A stretch of DNA of 62,855 nt, filler included, from Sphacelaria rigidula (lineage: Eukaryota), in the NCBI GenBank assembly GCA_964200075.2. It is 9 parts of 9 records of this genome, joined end to end, with 100 filler letters (N's around TTAATTAATTAA, not from the genome) between each part and the next. Parts side by side here need not be neighbours in the genome. Positions count along the whole stretch, not along the records: positions 1 to 6,895 come from CAXNAA020017535.1; positions 6,996 to 13,890 come from CAXNAA020017536.1; positions 13,991 to 20,885 come from CAXNAA020017537.1; 6 more parts are not named here. One strand, written 5' to 3'. The stretch's first letter is position 1, and every line of letters starts with the position of its first letter. This document shows positions 1 to 15,718 of this stretch, piece by piece. A model generated the notes under the pieces. That model saw only the letters and a program-made list of their open reading frames with translations, did not search any database and was not told the origin of the DNA. The translations under genes and the position numbers were made by a program.

Positions 1-113
1 GGGGGCGGGGTGGGGGTTCGGGGGGTGTTTGCGTGCCGTTCTCTTTTGTTGCTTGCCCTGGTCATTCGACGATTGACCACGTATCCCTTCCAAGACGGAG
101 CACCATCCCTACG
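1..113 (-). mobile_element. 5'-truncated LINE 3' terminus (same family as 62101-62811)
   Basis: The reverse complement matches GGTGCTCCGTCT.GGAAGGGAT.CGTGGTCAAT...GCAAGCAAC plus a C-rich tail. A further internal fragment lies at ~2835-2935 (-). Confidence 0.7.
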
Positions 114-331
114 GGGGGGTGTTGCTCCTGTGAGAAAAGTGTCGAGCTTCTTGCTACTAGACCAGTGAACGACTACGTGAAAATCCCTCTTGCGCTGATT
201 TTGCTCTTGAGCGCGTACCATTGTGCGATGACGTGTCCCTGGATAGTGGATGTGTCTGCAATGTACTGTGCTGTATCGTGAACCACGGTTGACACGACTG
301 CTGGTGCTCTGCGTGGTGCGTGTGCTGGCAG

Positions 332-3300
332 GCAAGCTGTGCCTCAGGGACAAGGATCTGGCGAAAACCAGCGTCAACATTCTGGTTCGGGAGCTGGACA
401 CCGCGGACGATCCTGCCGTGAGGAGCAACGCCCTGGTCGTGCTGGGGGACCTATGCGTCAGGTGATGTGTCTTGGATGTGCTCGTGAATACGGCAATACT
501 CGCTGTTTCTTTTTGTTCCCGTGGTCATGACTGCAACCCTTCCCCCTCTAAGGACGAGTCCGTGGTCTCAAGTCTCGAGGGATAAGGTCCTCCCCCCCCC
601 CCTCCCCCGGTACGGAACATGTCTGATATTTTGGTATCGCGAACTGGATCATGACCAGCACTCCTTCATGTATTGGGTCGATTTTCGTCAAATATCTGTC
701 CATTTATTCCCATTTTGTTTTCACAGTTTTCATTTTGGCTTCTGTTTTCTTGACGTCTCTCTCTTTCTCTCTCCCTCTTGATTTTTTGTCGTGTTTTATT
801 GAAGAGTCGCACGAATTATCGCCGGGTCGAATCGCGAAATTTATATATTCTCTGAGGGCTGACTGCTCGGAAGAGGGGGGGGGGAAAGTTGACCGCGGGT
901 CGAAAAAATTCTCTACGAAAACTTTACGCTATTCCACGTGCTTGAGGTGCGGCGCGTATAGTATCTGGGGTGCAGCGCTGAAAACAATGCCCGAGGAGCG
1001 GTTGATTTGTGCGGTATGAATCAATAACACTAAAAGCAAGACATTTCAAGCGAATCATTGTTCGTCGCACCCCTGGTTTGTTTCTTTGGTGACTCAGAAG
1101 AAGCCACTCAGTAGCGCTTTTATCTCATGTGAGGAACATCACAACAGTGACGATACTGGAAGAACGAATCTACGTCTTTGACCACGGGTTCGAGATATCA
1201 GGCTAATGTGCGAATGTAGTAACATCAGTATTAACGGCGGACACCAGATACTTCGCAAAAACAAAAAAAACGAGCATGTGCTGTGGTTCGGGTCTTGAAC
1301 CTTCCCGCCCTAACTAATCTCAAGATATACCTATCACATGGACGGCCGGGTCGCGATGGCATAGGTTGGACCGATGTGACACAGTAGGAACCCCTTCAAC
1401 ACATGACAACACATGACCAAGGCGGCCTATCCGTTGGTTGGTTTTTGTTTTTTGGTCGTGTAATGTGGGGTGGGGGGGAACGTGCGGCTCAACTCAATGC
1501 GTCCAACTCGCACCGTTGAGCACTGTTATGAAATCGTGTCTCACCCTCTGAACAGGTACACAGCTATGGTGGACAGGCACGTCGGGGGTATGGCCGCGTG
1601 TCTTCAGGATCCCGATCCTCTGGTCCGCAGACACGCCATCCTGCTCATCAGCCAACTTCTACTGCAGGTACAGTAGGAACGGTCCCCGCCACGGTCCGAT
1701 GCCTTGCCGGCCCGGCGTGACCGCACTACCGTAGGACCCTGTGCTACTCTGGTGGGGTCCAATTGCTCATCATTTTTCTTTCCCAATCATGACACTTTGA
1801 ACCTCTCCTCTCCCCTTCCTCCGGTCGAGTCCGGGTTCTCAAGTGATCATCCCGTCTCTCATCTCTGGGTATACGACTTGCGTTTTGGTCTACAGCGGGT
1901 TGAACTATTTAGTGTCTAGTAATGCTGAACTTCACTTTTTAATAGTGGGGATTCTCACGTTAGAGGAATGCACTGTAGTGGGACCCCCTCCATTGTAATA
2001 CGCGTGAAACGTGATACACGCAGGTACAGTATGTCAGTATTTGACGAGTAGCATCATCCTAAACCGCACTGCAGTGAAATCCTCCATTGTACTACGATTA
2101 AAACGTGGCACATGCATGTACAGTATATTACTGTTTGAAGGGTGTCATTGTCCAAGATGCATTGTAGTGGGACCCTCTTCATCTTACTACGCGTGAAACG
2201 TGACACGCACAGGTGCAGTATATGAGTGTTTGAAAAGTGTCATCGTCCACAAACCGCACTGTTTTGGGACGCCCTCCACTGTACTACGTGTGAAGTGTGA
2301 CACATACAGGTGAAGTATACGAGTATTTGAACAGTTTCATTGTCAAAAACCGTACTGGAGTGGGACCCCTCCTATTGTACTACGCGTGAAGGAAGAGGTA
2401 TCTAGGTACAGTGTGTGAGCGGTGCCATCCCCCAAAATTGTACTGTAGTGGGACCCCCCGTTGCGGCATACAAATGCTTCATGCATTGCCTCTTTTTGTT
2501 TCCCCCTTTCTTCATGCACAGGACTATGTGAAGTGGAGAGGCCTGCTGCTGTATCGCTTCCTTGCTACCCTTGTGGATGCGGACCAGTCGGTCAAAGATC
2601 TCGGCTTCTTTACCCTCACCCGTCCCCTCATCAACAAGGTCGGTACAGTACCGTACCACGTACAGTTTTGGCGGTGTGTATTAAATACGAAGAAATAGAA
2701 CCTGATCGCGTACTGTATTTGGCGGGTGTTTTTGTGCATCATACAAAATAGAATCTGTTGGTCCTCTCCTTGAAAGCTTGAAAACTTCACTTTGCGCTAG
2801 GGGGGTTGCCAGACGTTTCTACACTGAGAACTATGAAGTTGATCGCTCATTTCGCCTTTTCCACCCGCTATATAAGAACATTTTACTCACCTTCCCTTCG
2901 TATTTCTCCATCTGCGGCCACAATGTACCTCTCATTTTTTTTTTTACATTGAAGTGCATGTATCAAATTTTTCATGTCACATTCGTTTGTTTTCCCTGTC
3001 TCCTCTTGCGCGTCCCGTTCCTCCTCGTACAGTTCATATTCTCCCATTGTAAGTTGTACCCTGTTGCTGCACGCGAGGGGATGCTATACACCGTACGGTG
3101 TAATACTGCAAAGTTTTGGATCACCCGGACGGGATATTCGAGAAGTGAATGTATTCCTGTGGTCGTCGTACATGGTTTCTTCATTTTCATTTCTGGGACC
3201 CAAGGAACTTTTGAGATTTACACACACAAAACAGAAGAAAGCCTGCAACATCATGTGAAAAGCCATTGGTTGCGGATACAGTCGGACTAATTGAAACCCT

Positions 3301-6300
3301 ATAATTCGTGCGTGATTTGTCCTCCCATTTCCTCTTTCGTTTTCCCAATGACCGGGCGGCACCTCGAATGTACATGGGTTTTGCAGAACCCAGGTCTGTT
3401 TGCCCAGAATTTCGTGGAAGCTCTGTTTGTGCTGAACAACTACTCCGAGCACCCGTGCTATGCAGCTGCTGCCGCTGGGCGCTCGGAGTCTGATGGAGGA
3501 GTCACCATGGAGGGTATTGACCTCGGAGGGGATAGCCCGGCTCAGGTGCTCGTGGAGAATGTCGTGCGTTGATGGTACCTATTGTTGTTCGTTGATATCA
3601 TTGAGCAATGCTACGGTAGGGGAACACTTTTTTCGCGAAATATTTTATAGTTTAGGAGCTCCTAACGATCCTAGATCCACAAGAATATGGGTCAGGGCAT
3701 CCTCGTTTGCAAATTTATTCGGGATATCCCCAGCACATTGGAGTGGTAATCCTGGCGCACTTTCACATATTTTCATAAGTGGTGTTTTGCATGAGATCAA
3801 GGAGTCCCTACAATTTTAACAGAAAATATTTGTGGACCCCTACCGTAGCATCACTCCATTGTCGTGCGATATATGCCAATCTTGTGTTTTGTGGAGCACG
3901 AGTTTATTTGGTAGGATATGGGGTTTCTTGGGGAACTTGCAGAACTGTCGGGTACTGTACCCGTATCTTTACCGAACTCACAGAACCTGTCGGGTACGGT
4001 ATGGAGGTTTGTACAGAAAACTCTCACCGCAACCAGGTATATGACGGCAAACATTTCGTGCAGATATTACAGAAGCGTCGGGTACGGGTAATACCCTGCT
4101 AACTGCCCTGGGTATACAAAAAAACGTACCCTACAGAACACAGCCTTGAGATACTCCGCATCCTACGCTGTAGAACATTGAAGCGTGTGGTCAAGAGGGG
4201 GTATCCGCATATACGCGCTATCAGGAATACTCTGCCGAATTCCGACATTTTCTGCTCTGAGTAGCCCCAACTCTCAAGCTGTAAGCCTAGCCCTTGGCCT
4301 AGCCTTCACCCTGGTGTTCAAATTTGTGAGGTGTTGGCTTTCGGCTAGGACCTGCCTTTCACCTGCATCCAGGTCGCGGTTGTTTTGACGCTGCCGAGAG
4401 CTGTCGTTATCACCACGGACGGGGTTAGTGGATGATGGGGGTGGTTGGACAGTCTGATCATAAATACGAATACATTCATCTTTGTCCCTTTGTCGAAGTT
4501 TGAAATGGCCGTTCGACCGCGTTCGTGGCAGTTTTCTCGAGACGCGTGTGCTGTATGGCAACGGGACTGTTCTTCACTATTATAACTGATTTTGCAATGT
4601 ACCACTACTACCTGTACTTTCGAAGAAGATTGCCCAAGATCTACGACGAACCCCTCGCAGTACCAAGGCTCATACGGAGGGACACATCGCTAATGTTCCC
4701 ACGGCCTCTTTTGTTCGCTTGGTGTATGAGTTCATTTCTTCGGGGGGGCGAAGGCCTCTTCACCTGAAGCTGTTCTGTAGAGGCCGGCTATTTTCAGTTC
4801 TGGTGCATGATCAATATATCTATGTATACTATTTTTTTTCTAGCTGTTCTCAGTCCGTCTCCTTTCCTTCTTCTGCTTGGCTTTGTTGCTCGTTCTTTTC
4901 CCAGTATGACTCCGTTTGTTCTTCCTTTTTGTTTTCTTGTTTTTCATTTTTTTTTCTTAATCGAGCGTTTCCGCCTTGTTGACCTTGGGCACAATACGTC
5001 TATCATGTGGATAATGACCATGTCTGGATTCTTCGTGAGGTCTCTCAGTGTGCGACAATCAGTCACTCAATTAATCAAATCACTATAAGTATTGTATTTG
5101 GTAAAGCCTGCACGAAATATTTTCGGCACGCTGCTGTAAGTATTGTATTTGGTGAAGCCCGGCTACTATCCACATCAACCTAGCTTGAGAACCGCGAACT
5201 TATACTCTTGAACACTAATCCCCCCCCCCCTTCCCTCCTTTTCTTTGTGCGTCTCTTTTTATTGGGCAAAACGAAAAGGTTGGGAAGAGAATGGCATTGT
5301 ACTCCACGATGCTGGAGCACATGACGGATGAACAAAAGATTACCGTCACCGCCAAGCTCTCTCAGGAAGTGCTCTCGGCCGCAGTGGACGGCGGCCTTCC
5401 AATCGCAACCTATTCCCCCGCACCTAGTTCCTCCGCTGCTGCTGCTGCTGCCGCCGCCAAAGTCAAGAAAAAAGGCTCCGCGCATGTTGCTGCTGCAAGC
5501 AAGACCGAAGGGTTCAATGGCGGGGGTGGTATCAGCAGCAGTAAAGATTCGGATCTTTCGGCGAGGAAGAAAGCGTCCGCGGTCGTGAAGGACGCACTTA
5601 CCGTGCTAGCGTCCTCTGGAATACGGGTCGGAGGGTCTCGAGGGGGTGCTGCGGCGGATTTGGAGGATGGTTCAGGTATCGTACAGAAAAAACACATTTT
5701 GTTTTGTCCCCACCATGATCGTGTTGATGCCGTTGAGGAACATGCCATTATTTATGTCCGGGACAACATAAAGACGGACGATAATCTACTACTGGGCTAC
5801 TTGACTTTCGCTTTAATTTTCTTTTTCTTTGGTATCATACACAGCGTTAGAGTTAGGGTTAGGGTTAGGGTCAAGGTTGGTCACAGAATCCTGGGGGCGC
5901 GGCGACAACGGCGATTCCCAAAGTCCTCATGGTCACGAAAGAGTCGACAGCGAACCTTGTGCTGTAGATCCTAACGTCGCTCTTTTCGCCCCCCCCCCCT
6001 ACCCCGTACACCTCCCCCGTACCCCGCACCCGTACCCCGCACCCGTACCCCGTGCAGGATAAGGGTTACGTACGAAAGTAGTGGAGCGAACCCGGGTTCA
6101 AGTCACAGTCTCGTGAGGGAGGGATTGGTGAATTCATTCTCCATTGATGTTCGTACCAGGGAATAACACGTGAAACGTGTGTCGCAGAAACTGCAGAAAC
6201 GTCAGTGCGTTGTGTTTTGAACTACCCCCCTCTCCGCCCCCCCCCACCCTCCCTCCCTCCGTCCCGTGGAATATCTCCTCGAAAATGTGCCCTCTGGAGC

Positions 6301-6370
6301 AGAGGAGATGGCGTCTCAGCAATCTGGGTCCGGTGGGCTTGCTGCGGCGAAGAGCAAACTGCTCTCCAAG
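332..6370 (+). CDS. NCAPD3: Condensin II complex subunit D3 (CAP-D3, HEAT-repeat Cnd1 family), partial: internal exons 332-461, 1556-1667, 2522-2638, 3387-3545, 5279-5675, 6303-6370
   Basis: All exons have AG/GT boundaries and splice in frame: GKLCLRDKDLAK...VRSNALVVLGDLCVRYTAMVDRH...LQDPDPLVRRHAILLISQLLLQDYVKWRGLLLYRFL...NPGLFAQNFVEALFVLN...MLEHMTDEQKITVTAKLSQEVL...AAAKSKLLSK. These motifs match my recollection of the CAP-D3 C-terminal Cnd1 region. Both ends of the gene lie outside the contig. Confidence 0.85.
1969..2460. repeat. Intronic minisatellite, ~95-bp unit, about five diverged copies
   Basis: G(C/T)ACTGTAGTGGGACCC...ATTGTACTACGCGTGAAACGTGACAC...CAGGTACAGTAT recurs at ~1970, 2066, 2159, 2256, 2352 and 2440. 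Confidence 0.85.
3878..4148. mobile_element. Non-autonomous TIR element with internal ACAGAA...CGGGTAC repeats; related copy at ~42040-42440
   Basis: The ends CAATCTTGTGTTTTGTGGAGCACG and CGTACCCTACAGAACACAGCCTTG are imperfect inverted repeats. The same right end occurs at 42415-42440. Confidence 0.6.
5847..5876 (+). repeat. Short interstitial telomere-like (TTAGGG)n tract in a CAP-D3 intron
   Basis: GTTAGAGTTAGGGTTAGGGTTAGGGTCAAGG. Confidence 0.6.
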
Positions 6371-6895
6371 GTAAGCGGATGAGGTCACGAAGCAGCAGGA
6401 AGCTCCTGAGTCTTTATCCGAAGCTCTAGTAAGGGGCCATGCTCCAGGTATTCTTGGGAACGAAGTTCGCCTTCATCGTGGCATTTGCGTCATTTTTTTT
6501 AACTCTGTGTTCGTCTCATTATTTGTTTCCTATTTCCTTTCCTATTTCTGCCCTCCCTACTCCTCTCCTAAAATGATTCCTCGAGTCGGTTTCCTTTCAC
6601 CCGTTCGGAACTCGGGAAAATCTGTACAGACTCCCATATGCCAGACTTCGTCACCGGAAAAACGTCACTTCGAGTTGGGTGCACGAATCTGTCACTTTAG
6701 TATACTTGAACTTGGAGTTGTGCACCTATTTGGCGGGCTATATCATAAACAGTTGCAGCAAAACAACCATACTTCCTCTGTCCCATAAGTCTGTATCGTT
6801 ATGGACGTTTAATCGTGTGGGTATTTCAATGCTCACGATCATGCTACAGTTGGGCTCCTTAGAGAGATAACGTACAGACGAAGCTGACTGAGAAA

Positions 6896-6995
6896 NNNNN
6901 NNNNNNNNNNNNNNNNNNNNNNNNNNNNNNNNNNNNNNNTTAATTAATTAANNNNNNNNNNNNNNNNNNNNNNNNNNNNNNNNNNNNNNNNNNNN
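6896..6995. other. Artificial contig linker (N44-TTAATTAATTAA-N44); also at 13891-13990, 20886-20985, 27881-27980, 34876-34975, 41871-41970, 48866-48965, 55861-55960
   Basis: Eight identical 100-bp spacers with stop codons in all six frames, at an exact 6995-bp period. Confidence 0.98.
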
Positions 6996-8378
6996 GGGTA
7001 GGATATCGACGTGTAGCTGTAAGCACACACAAGTGATGAAGGTGAAGAAAAGCACACGTGGAATAAAAAAGCGATTGACGATTCACTAGACTACAGGGGT
7101 ATGGCCAATATCTCCGACTTCACTGGGTCTAGTTTATGAAGGTTGTACCTCACTGCTGAATTCTTCTTTTTCCGAGACGTGTCAGCGTGTCTGACAAATC
7201 AAGAAAATAAGACGACGCAACGTCCACATCTGACCCCGTCCCTGCACGAGGGGTCCACTCAGTTCTTGCATTCCGACGATGGGTGATGATATACCGCCAC
7301 ACCCCTAAAATGGGACACGCAAATGGTGATAAATCTTCTGCGAACTGAAGGAGACCCCGACCTCCCGTCATCTTTGTAAAAACCACAACTAGTCGCCACG
7401 AAAACGTGACGCCCTATTTCCGACTCCACGCTGGGTCCCGGATGTTTACCCATAAGTGCGTCGCCGGACGTTATTTCTCTCCATCCGCATACAAGTCGAG
7501 GAACAAAAAATACTCGATACCTCTGTCTCTCCCACGTGATGGAGGACATGACGGGACAGACGTGACATATTTGAAAAATTCTACAACAGTCCTGATGCTT
7601 GACACCCACCCCTAGACCATGTTACATCCTTGGTGAAAGTCATGACGCTTGGGGAGTTTGGGCACCCTGCATACAACACTGACAGCCAAACAAATATGGA
7701 CGTCTAGTGTGATTTTGATCTGGATGATTACTCTTCACCCAGCCTGGGTCATTACACAGTAGCGGAATGACCCTCGTAGCGTTATTTTGTGGGTTGAATA
7801 TTTCAGCTTCCATGCCTTGCCATGATTTCGAAGCATCCATCGTGTGTCGAGGAAAGATATCACGATCGACAACATTTCAACCCTCGTATGTCAAACTGTT
7901 GCAGGGTGCTTCTTCATCGTTCAAGGACCCTGACTTTGCCATCACGCGAAGTGCCATACCGACCGACATCATATGTTCGGTAGTCTGGGCCTCATGTGCG
8001 AGGTACAGACACGGTTGATGAATCAAGTTGCCATATTTTCATCCTTCACAGTACTTGTTTTGAACACTTGACGAGTGCATCGCCGCTCATTGCACCAAAA
8101 CACCAACTACGATCGGGTTCGCAGCGGATCATGCCACCCACGTACGATGACCGATGAAGTCACTACTCAAACGTCCTATGATTTCACACTCAGATCATTC
8201 AATATTTGCGCTACATTGCTCCTGGCGCTCGACGTGGCGAAGGGTGTGTACACGTAGCCAGAGAAATCTGCCCACGAACAGCCTTGACCTCATAGCAGTC
8301 CTGCCTATCCCGCTTCCACTCGGAGAAGCCGGTGGGGAGACTCGCCGAGATTCACCGACAGGTGAATGACCCACGCGC

Positions 8379-12603
<4,225 letters not shown>

Positions 12604-12873
12604 GGTTTATGAAAAGTTGATCGCAGGCGAGTTCACCACTTCGGCTTGACTGAAGGAGGAGAGCTGTGTACGATACAGAATGGCTTGTGCGTCGACGGGC
12701 GTGATGTTCGCACGTGGCGGAAACTAGAGGGAGCAAACGTCATGCCTCATGTAGCCTGCATGTAGTAAATAGGCATGTTTTCAAGGTTTCCATCACACAA
12801 GTTCGCAGAATTTCAGACCCATGGTAGCAAAAGCAAGCAGTCATCTGCCTTCTCGGTGTACTTGAGAGACTCG
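12604..12873. promoter_or_regulatory. Putative bidirectional promoter shared by AHCY and minE
   Basis: Only 270 bp separates the divergent start codons. Contains CACGTG (12711-12716) and ACGTCA/TGACGT (12737-12742). Confidence 0.6.
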
Positions 12874-13047
12874 ATGAGCTGGCTAGGAAATATTGCGGCT
12901 CGACTGAAGGCTGGCAATACGGTCAGCAAATCCGGAGGAGTCGCAAAGGAACGTCTTTCGATTATTTTGGCCCATCAAAGAGGAGATGAGCTTATGCAAA
13001 CAATTGACCTGGAGAAACTCCAACAAGAGATTCTGCAGTTGATGAAG
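12874..13047 (+). CDS. minE: MinE cell-division topological specificity factor, exon 1 of a nuclear spliced gene; probably the mitochondrial (alphaproteobacterial-type) MinE; remainder not found in the contig
   Basis: MSWLGNIAARLKAGNTVSKSGGVAKERLSIILAHQRGDELMQTIDLEKLQQEILQLMK has an N-terminal amphipathic segment, the MinE AKERLxIILAHxR motif and the L..L..EIL helix. It ends at a phase-0 AAG|GTAGGT donor. Confidence 0.85.
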
Positions 13048-14111
13048 GTAGGTGATGTCTATTTCATCCTTCTCAGTGCAGTAGTCACGGTTGCGCTCCT
13101 GACACGAGGTTGTTTATCTGGCAAGAACTGCCTTCCTGAGCCGGAGGCTGGCATTATACACGCATGATCCAGTAAGACTGCCCATATCTCTTCTTGGCGA
13201 ACATTTCTGGCGCTGATGTACCAGTGTTGTAGCTGTATCGACAAAATCTAAGGACTACCTCTTCAGTATAACACGATACCTTATGATGCTGCCATGTATT
13301 TTTCCGAACCAGGTACAGATCCAGCACAAAACCGCAAATCAGCATGTCCGTTCATGTCCAGCTCTTGTTGCGGAACATTGGCGTGGCCAGTACAGTAATC
13401 GCGGGTACAAACCGATATAGTAGGAGGTGATACACAGTGGTCTGGACTACGAAGTACGAATTACTGTTCCTGTGCAGTGCAGTATGTATCAAGTGTTTCG
13501 CCAGTCACGTGTTTCACCCCCTCAAAACACGGTGCGATGCTACTGAGTTGAAGGAGTGAGAGGAAAACATTGCAATCGCGACGATTGTACGCAGCTGCAG
13601 ACCATCTGTTTGAATCATTATGCCCTCCATATGTTCCGGCTGGTGCGCCCACATATACCGAAAGGTGTAGATTGGCGTCCAGAATAGATGGGATGACAAC
13701 ACACACATACACATATGTTCTGGCTTAACCCTTAGACGACGAGCGTCGCCTTGGAACACCTGTACACGGTGACAGCCCCGAGACATCCGGGGGGTTCCAG
13801 AGCTCGGGGGGGGAAGGGGGGGGGGGGGGGGGGGCCACACCGGGAAGAATCGGAGAAGAGCACGGATTCAACCAGGAGTGTTTGGAAGTTNNNNNNNNNN
13901 NNNNNNNNNNNNNNNNNNNNNNNNNNNNNNNNNNTTAATTAATTAANNNNNNNNNNNNNNNNNNNNNNNNNNNNNNNNNNNNNNNNNNNNGTTGCTAGCA
14001 TCGTGCAGAGGGGTGCGTTAGCTGCGATCTGGAGCTTTCGTTGATCTACTCTACCTCCCGTCTGCAGACGTCTGCCTGTAGAGGTCACACTCGGTATTGA
14101 TATCGCACCTG

Positions 14112-15718
14112 TTATTTTGTACCCAAATTCGGAACACCTTTGAAAACGAAGGCGTTCGTTTTTTCAAAGTACATCGACATGGTTGAAATGACTCTTCTAA
14201 CCCGAGGGAAAGTGTCCGCTTTGGGTCCGTTCAAGCGTTCGAGCATACTGATTCCAGATTTCCAATGCACTTGTGCCTTTAAACACAATCCGGGGGATTT
14301 CAATGTTGACACGGACCTTCGTGGGTCCCAGCATTGAAAATCCCCAAAATTGAGAAGTACAAAGAATGCAAACCATTCATAACGACTGTCATATGTAGCT
14401 CAGTGGAGACCTGCTCATTCTCATTGTGATGAAGTCGTGGATTCGACTCCCCGACCAACCTTGCCCAGTCCTCTTTTTCCGCCAGTCCCTTGCCCGCAGC
14501 TGCATGTGAAGGGTAGTGTTTGTGCGTAAACACACCGCACAACATTGCCAGCAGCGATGAACTCTTCACGGGGCGACGGAACCCTATGATGCACAATATT
14601 CTTGATCACTACAGAAAAACCCTGTGAAGCGTCCTGTGCAAGGCTGGAAAACACTGTACAGTAAAATTCCCGCCACGAACACTGCGCAGGGTACGTAAAC
14701 CCTGTAGACCCTCCCCACAGGGTGCTATCTGTCAACGTGTGCAACTGAACCTTCTTAAGAGTGAGCGAACTGATTGGGAGCGCCGGTTGCCGCGTGTGAT
14801 GCTTCCAACCTTCAAAAATAATTTCCAAAGGTGCCACGATTGCTGAAGTTGGGACAGCCAAGTCTGAGAAGTTCAATCTAAGTTCCCTCTGCTCGAGATA
14901 GGTCGAATTGGGATGTTCTTGAGTGCGCCCAGAAACAGAAGCGAAACACGACGCCGTGAGCACCAACGAAGCTGGAACGTGTTCAGTGCGGCTCGAATGA
15001 CGTTCAAAAAGCGATGGGATGAATATTTCGCGCAACGCGGCTTCGAATCAATCAGGGACAGAAACGTGCGCGGTTTGGAGCTTCGTAAAAATGTCCGGAC
15101 GGACGGACAGACGGACGGAAGGACGCCTTTTGAATCAAGGATCAGAAGAAGCCTTTTCAGCCCTAAGGGCCTCGAAGGAATGCAAACAGCTCTCGCAAGC
15201 GCCGACGCTGGGGTATTTTGGACTACAATGCGGTCCTCCAAGCACGCGATCCTCTGACGCATTACACCAAGCGATTGAGAATCGCCGAAGAGGGCACGCA
15301 AAGGACACCGGCAAGAAGCTTCCTCTCTCTGCGTTGCTCCTCTGGTGATATCGTCATCGACACGCGTGTGCACGGCATTCATTTGGCGCACCTCACCACA
15401 CCGGCGTAACTGCAACAGAAACTCTGCTTGCGAAAATGCTTTCCAATGGTGATACTCTTTCAAAGGCGAGTTGAACCCCTTTCTAGTGTTCGACCCCAAA
15501 ATTAAGAACCAGCTGCTTAGCATTGATTGTTCCTTCAGTGTCAAAACCTTATCCTGAAATTCAAAACAGTGAGCCGCGCGTGATCTGCGGACTGTGGCGA
15601 CAGAGCCTTGACCGGCTCCGCTCGTGCGGCAGGGGTACATGTGTTCGTCGAAAAGTCTGCTGAGACTGCAAACTAACGCCCAGATGAAATCGGAAGGCTC
15701 TTGATATCTCGAGCCCAA
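14112..15718 (-). pseudogene. Chain of overlapping intronless ORFs, possibly a frameshifted gene of TE or viral origin; unassigned
   Basis: Minus-strand ORFs 15718-14873 (281 aa), 15035-14421, 14596-14300 and 14312-14112 overlap consecutively in different frames. No recognisable domain. Confidence 0.25.

Noticed and set aside
1969..2460. CRISPR-like array
   Set aside because: The whole ~95-bp unit is repeated, with no unique spacers. It is intronic and eukaryotic, with no cas genes.
5847..5876. True telomere
   Set aside because: Only about four units, inside an intron between in-frame exons.
6940..6951. Recurring TTAATTAATTAA motif as a biological repeat
   Set aside because: Always centred in N runs at an exact period; it is a six-frame-stop assembly linker.
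12775..13167. 130-aa ORF as the full MinE, or as bacterial contamination
   Set aside because: Similarity stops at a canonical GT donor (13048) and the neighbouring gene has spliceosomal introns. The upstream in-frame ATG at 12775 cannot be excluded, but 12874 matches the usual MinE start position.
14140..14337. ORF containing KYIDMVEM as MinE exon 2
   Set aside because: It lies on a different, unlinked contig and lacks the MinE C-terminal strand pattern.
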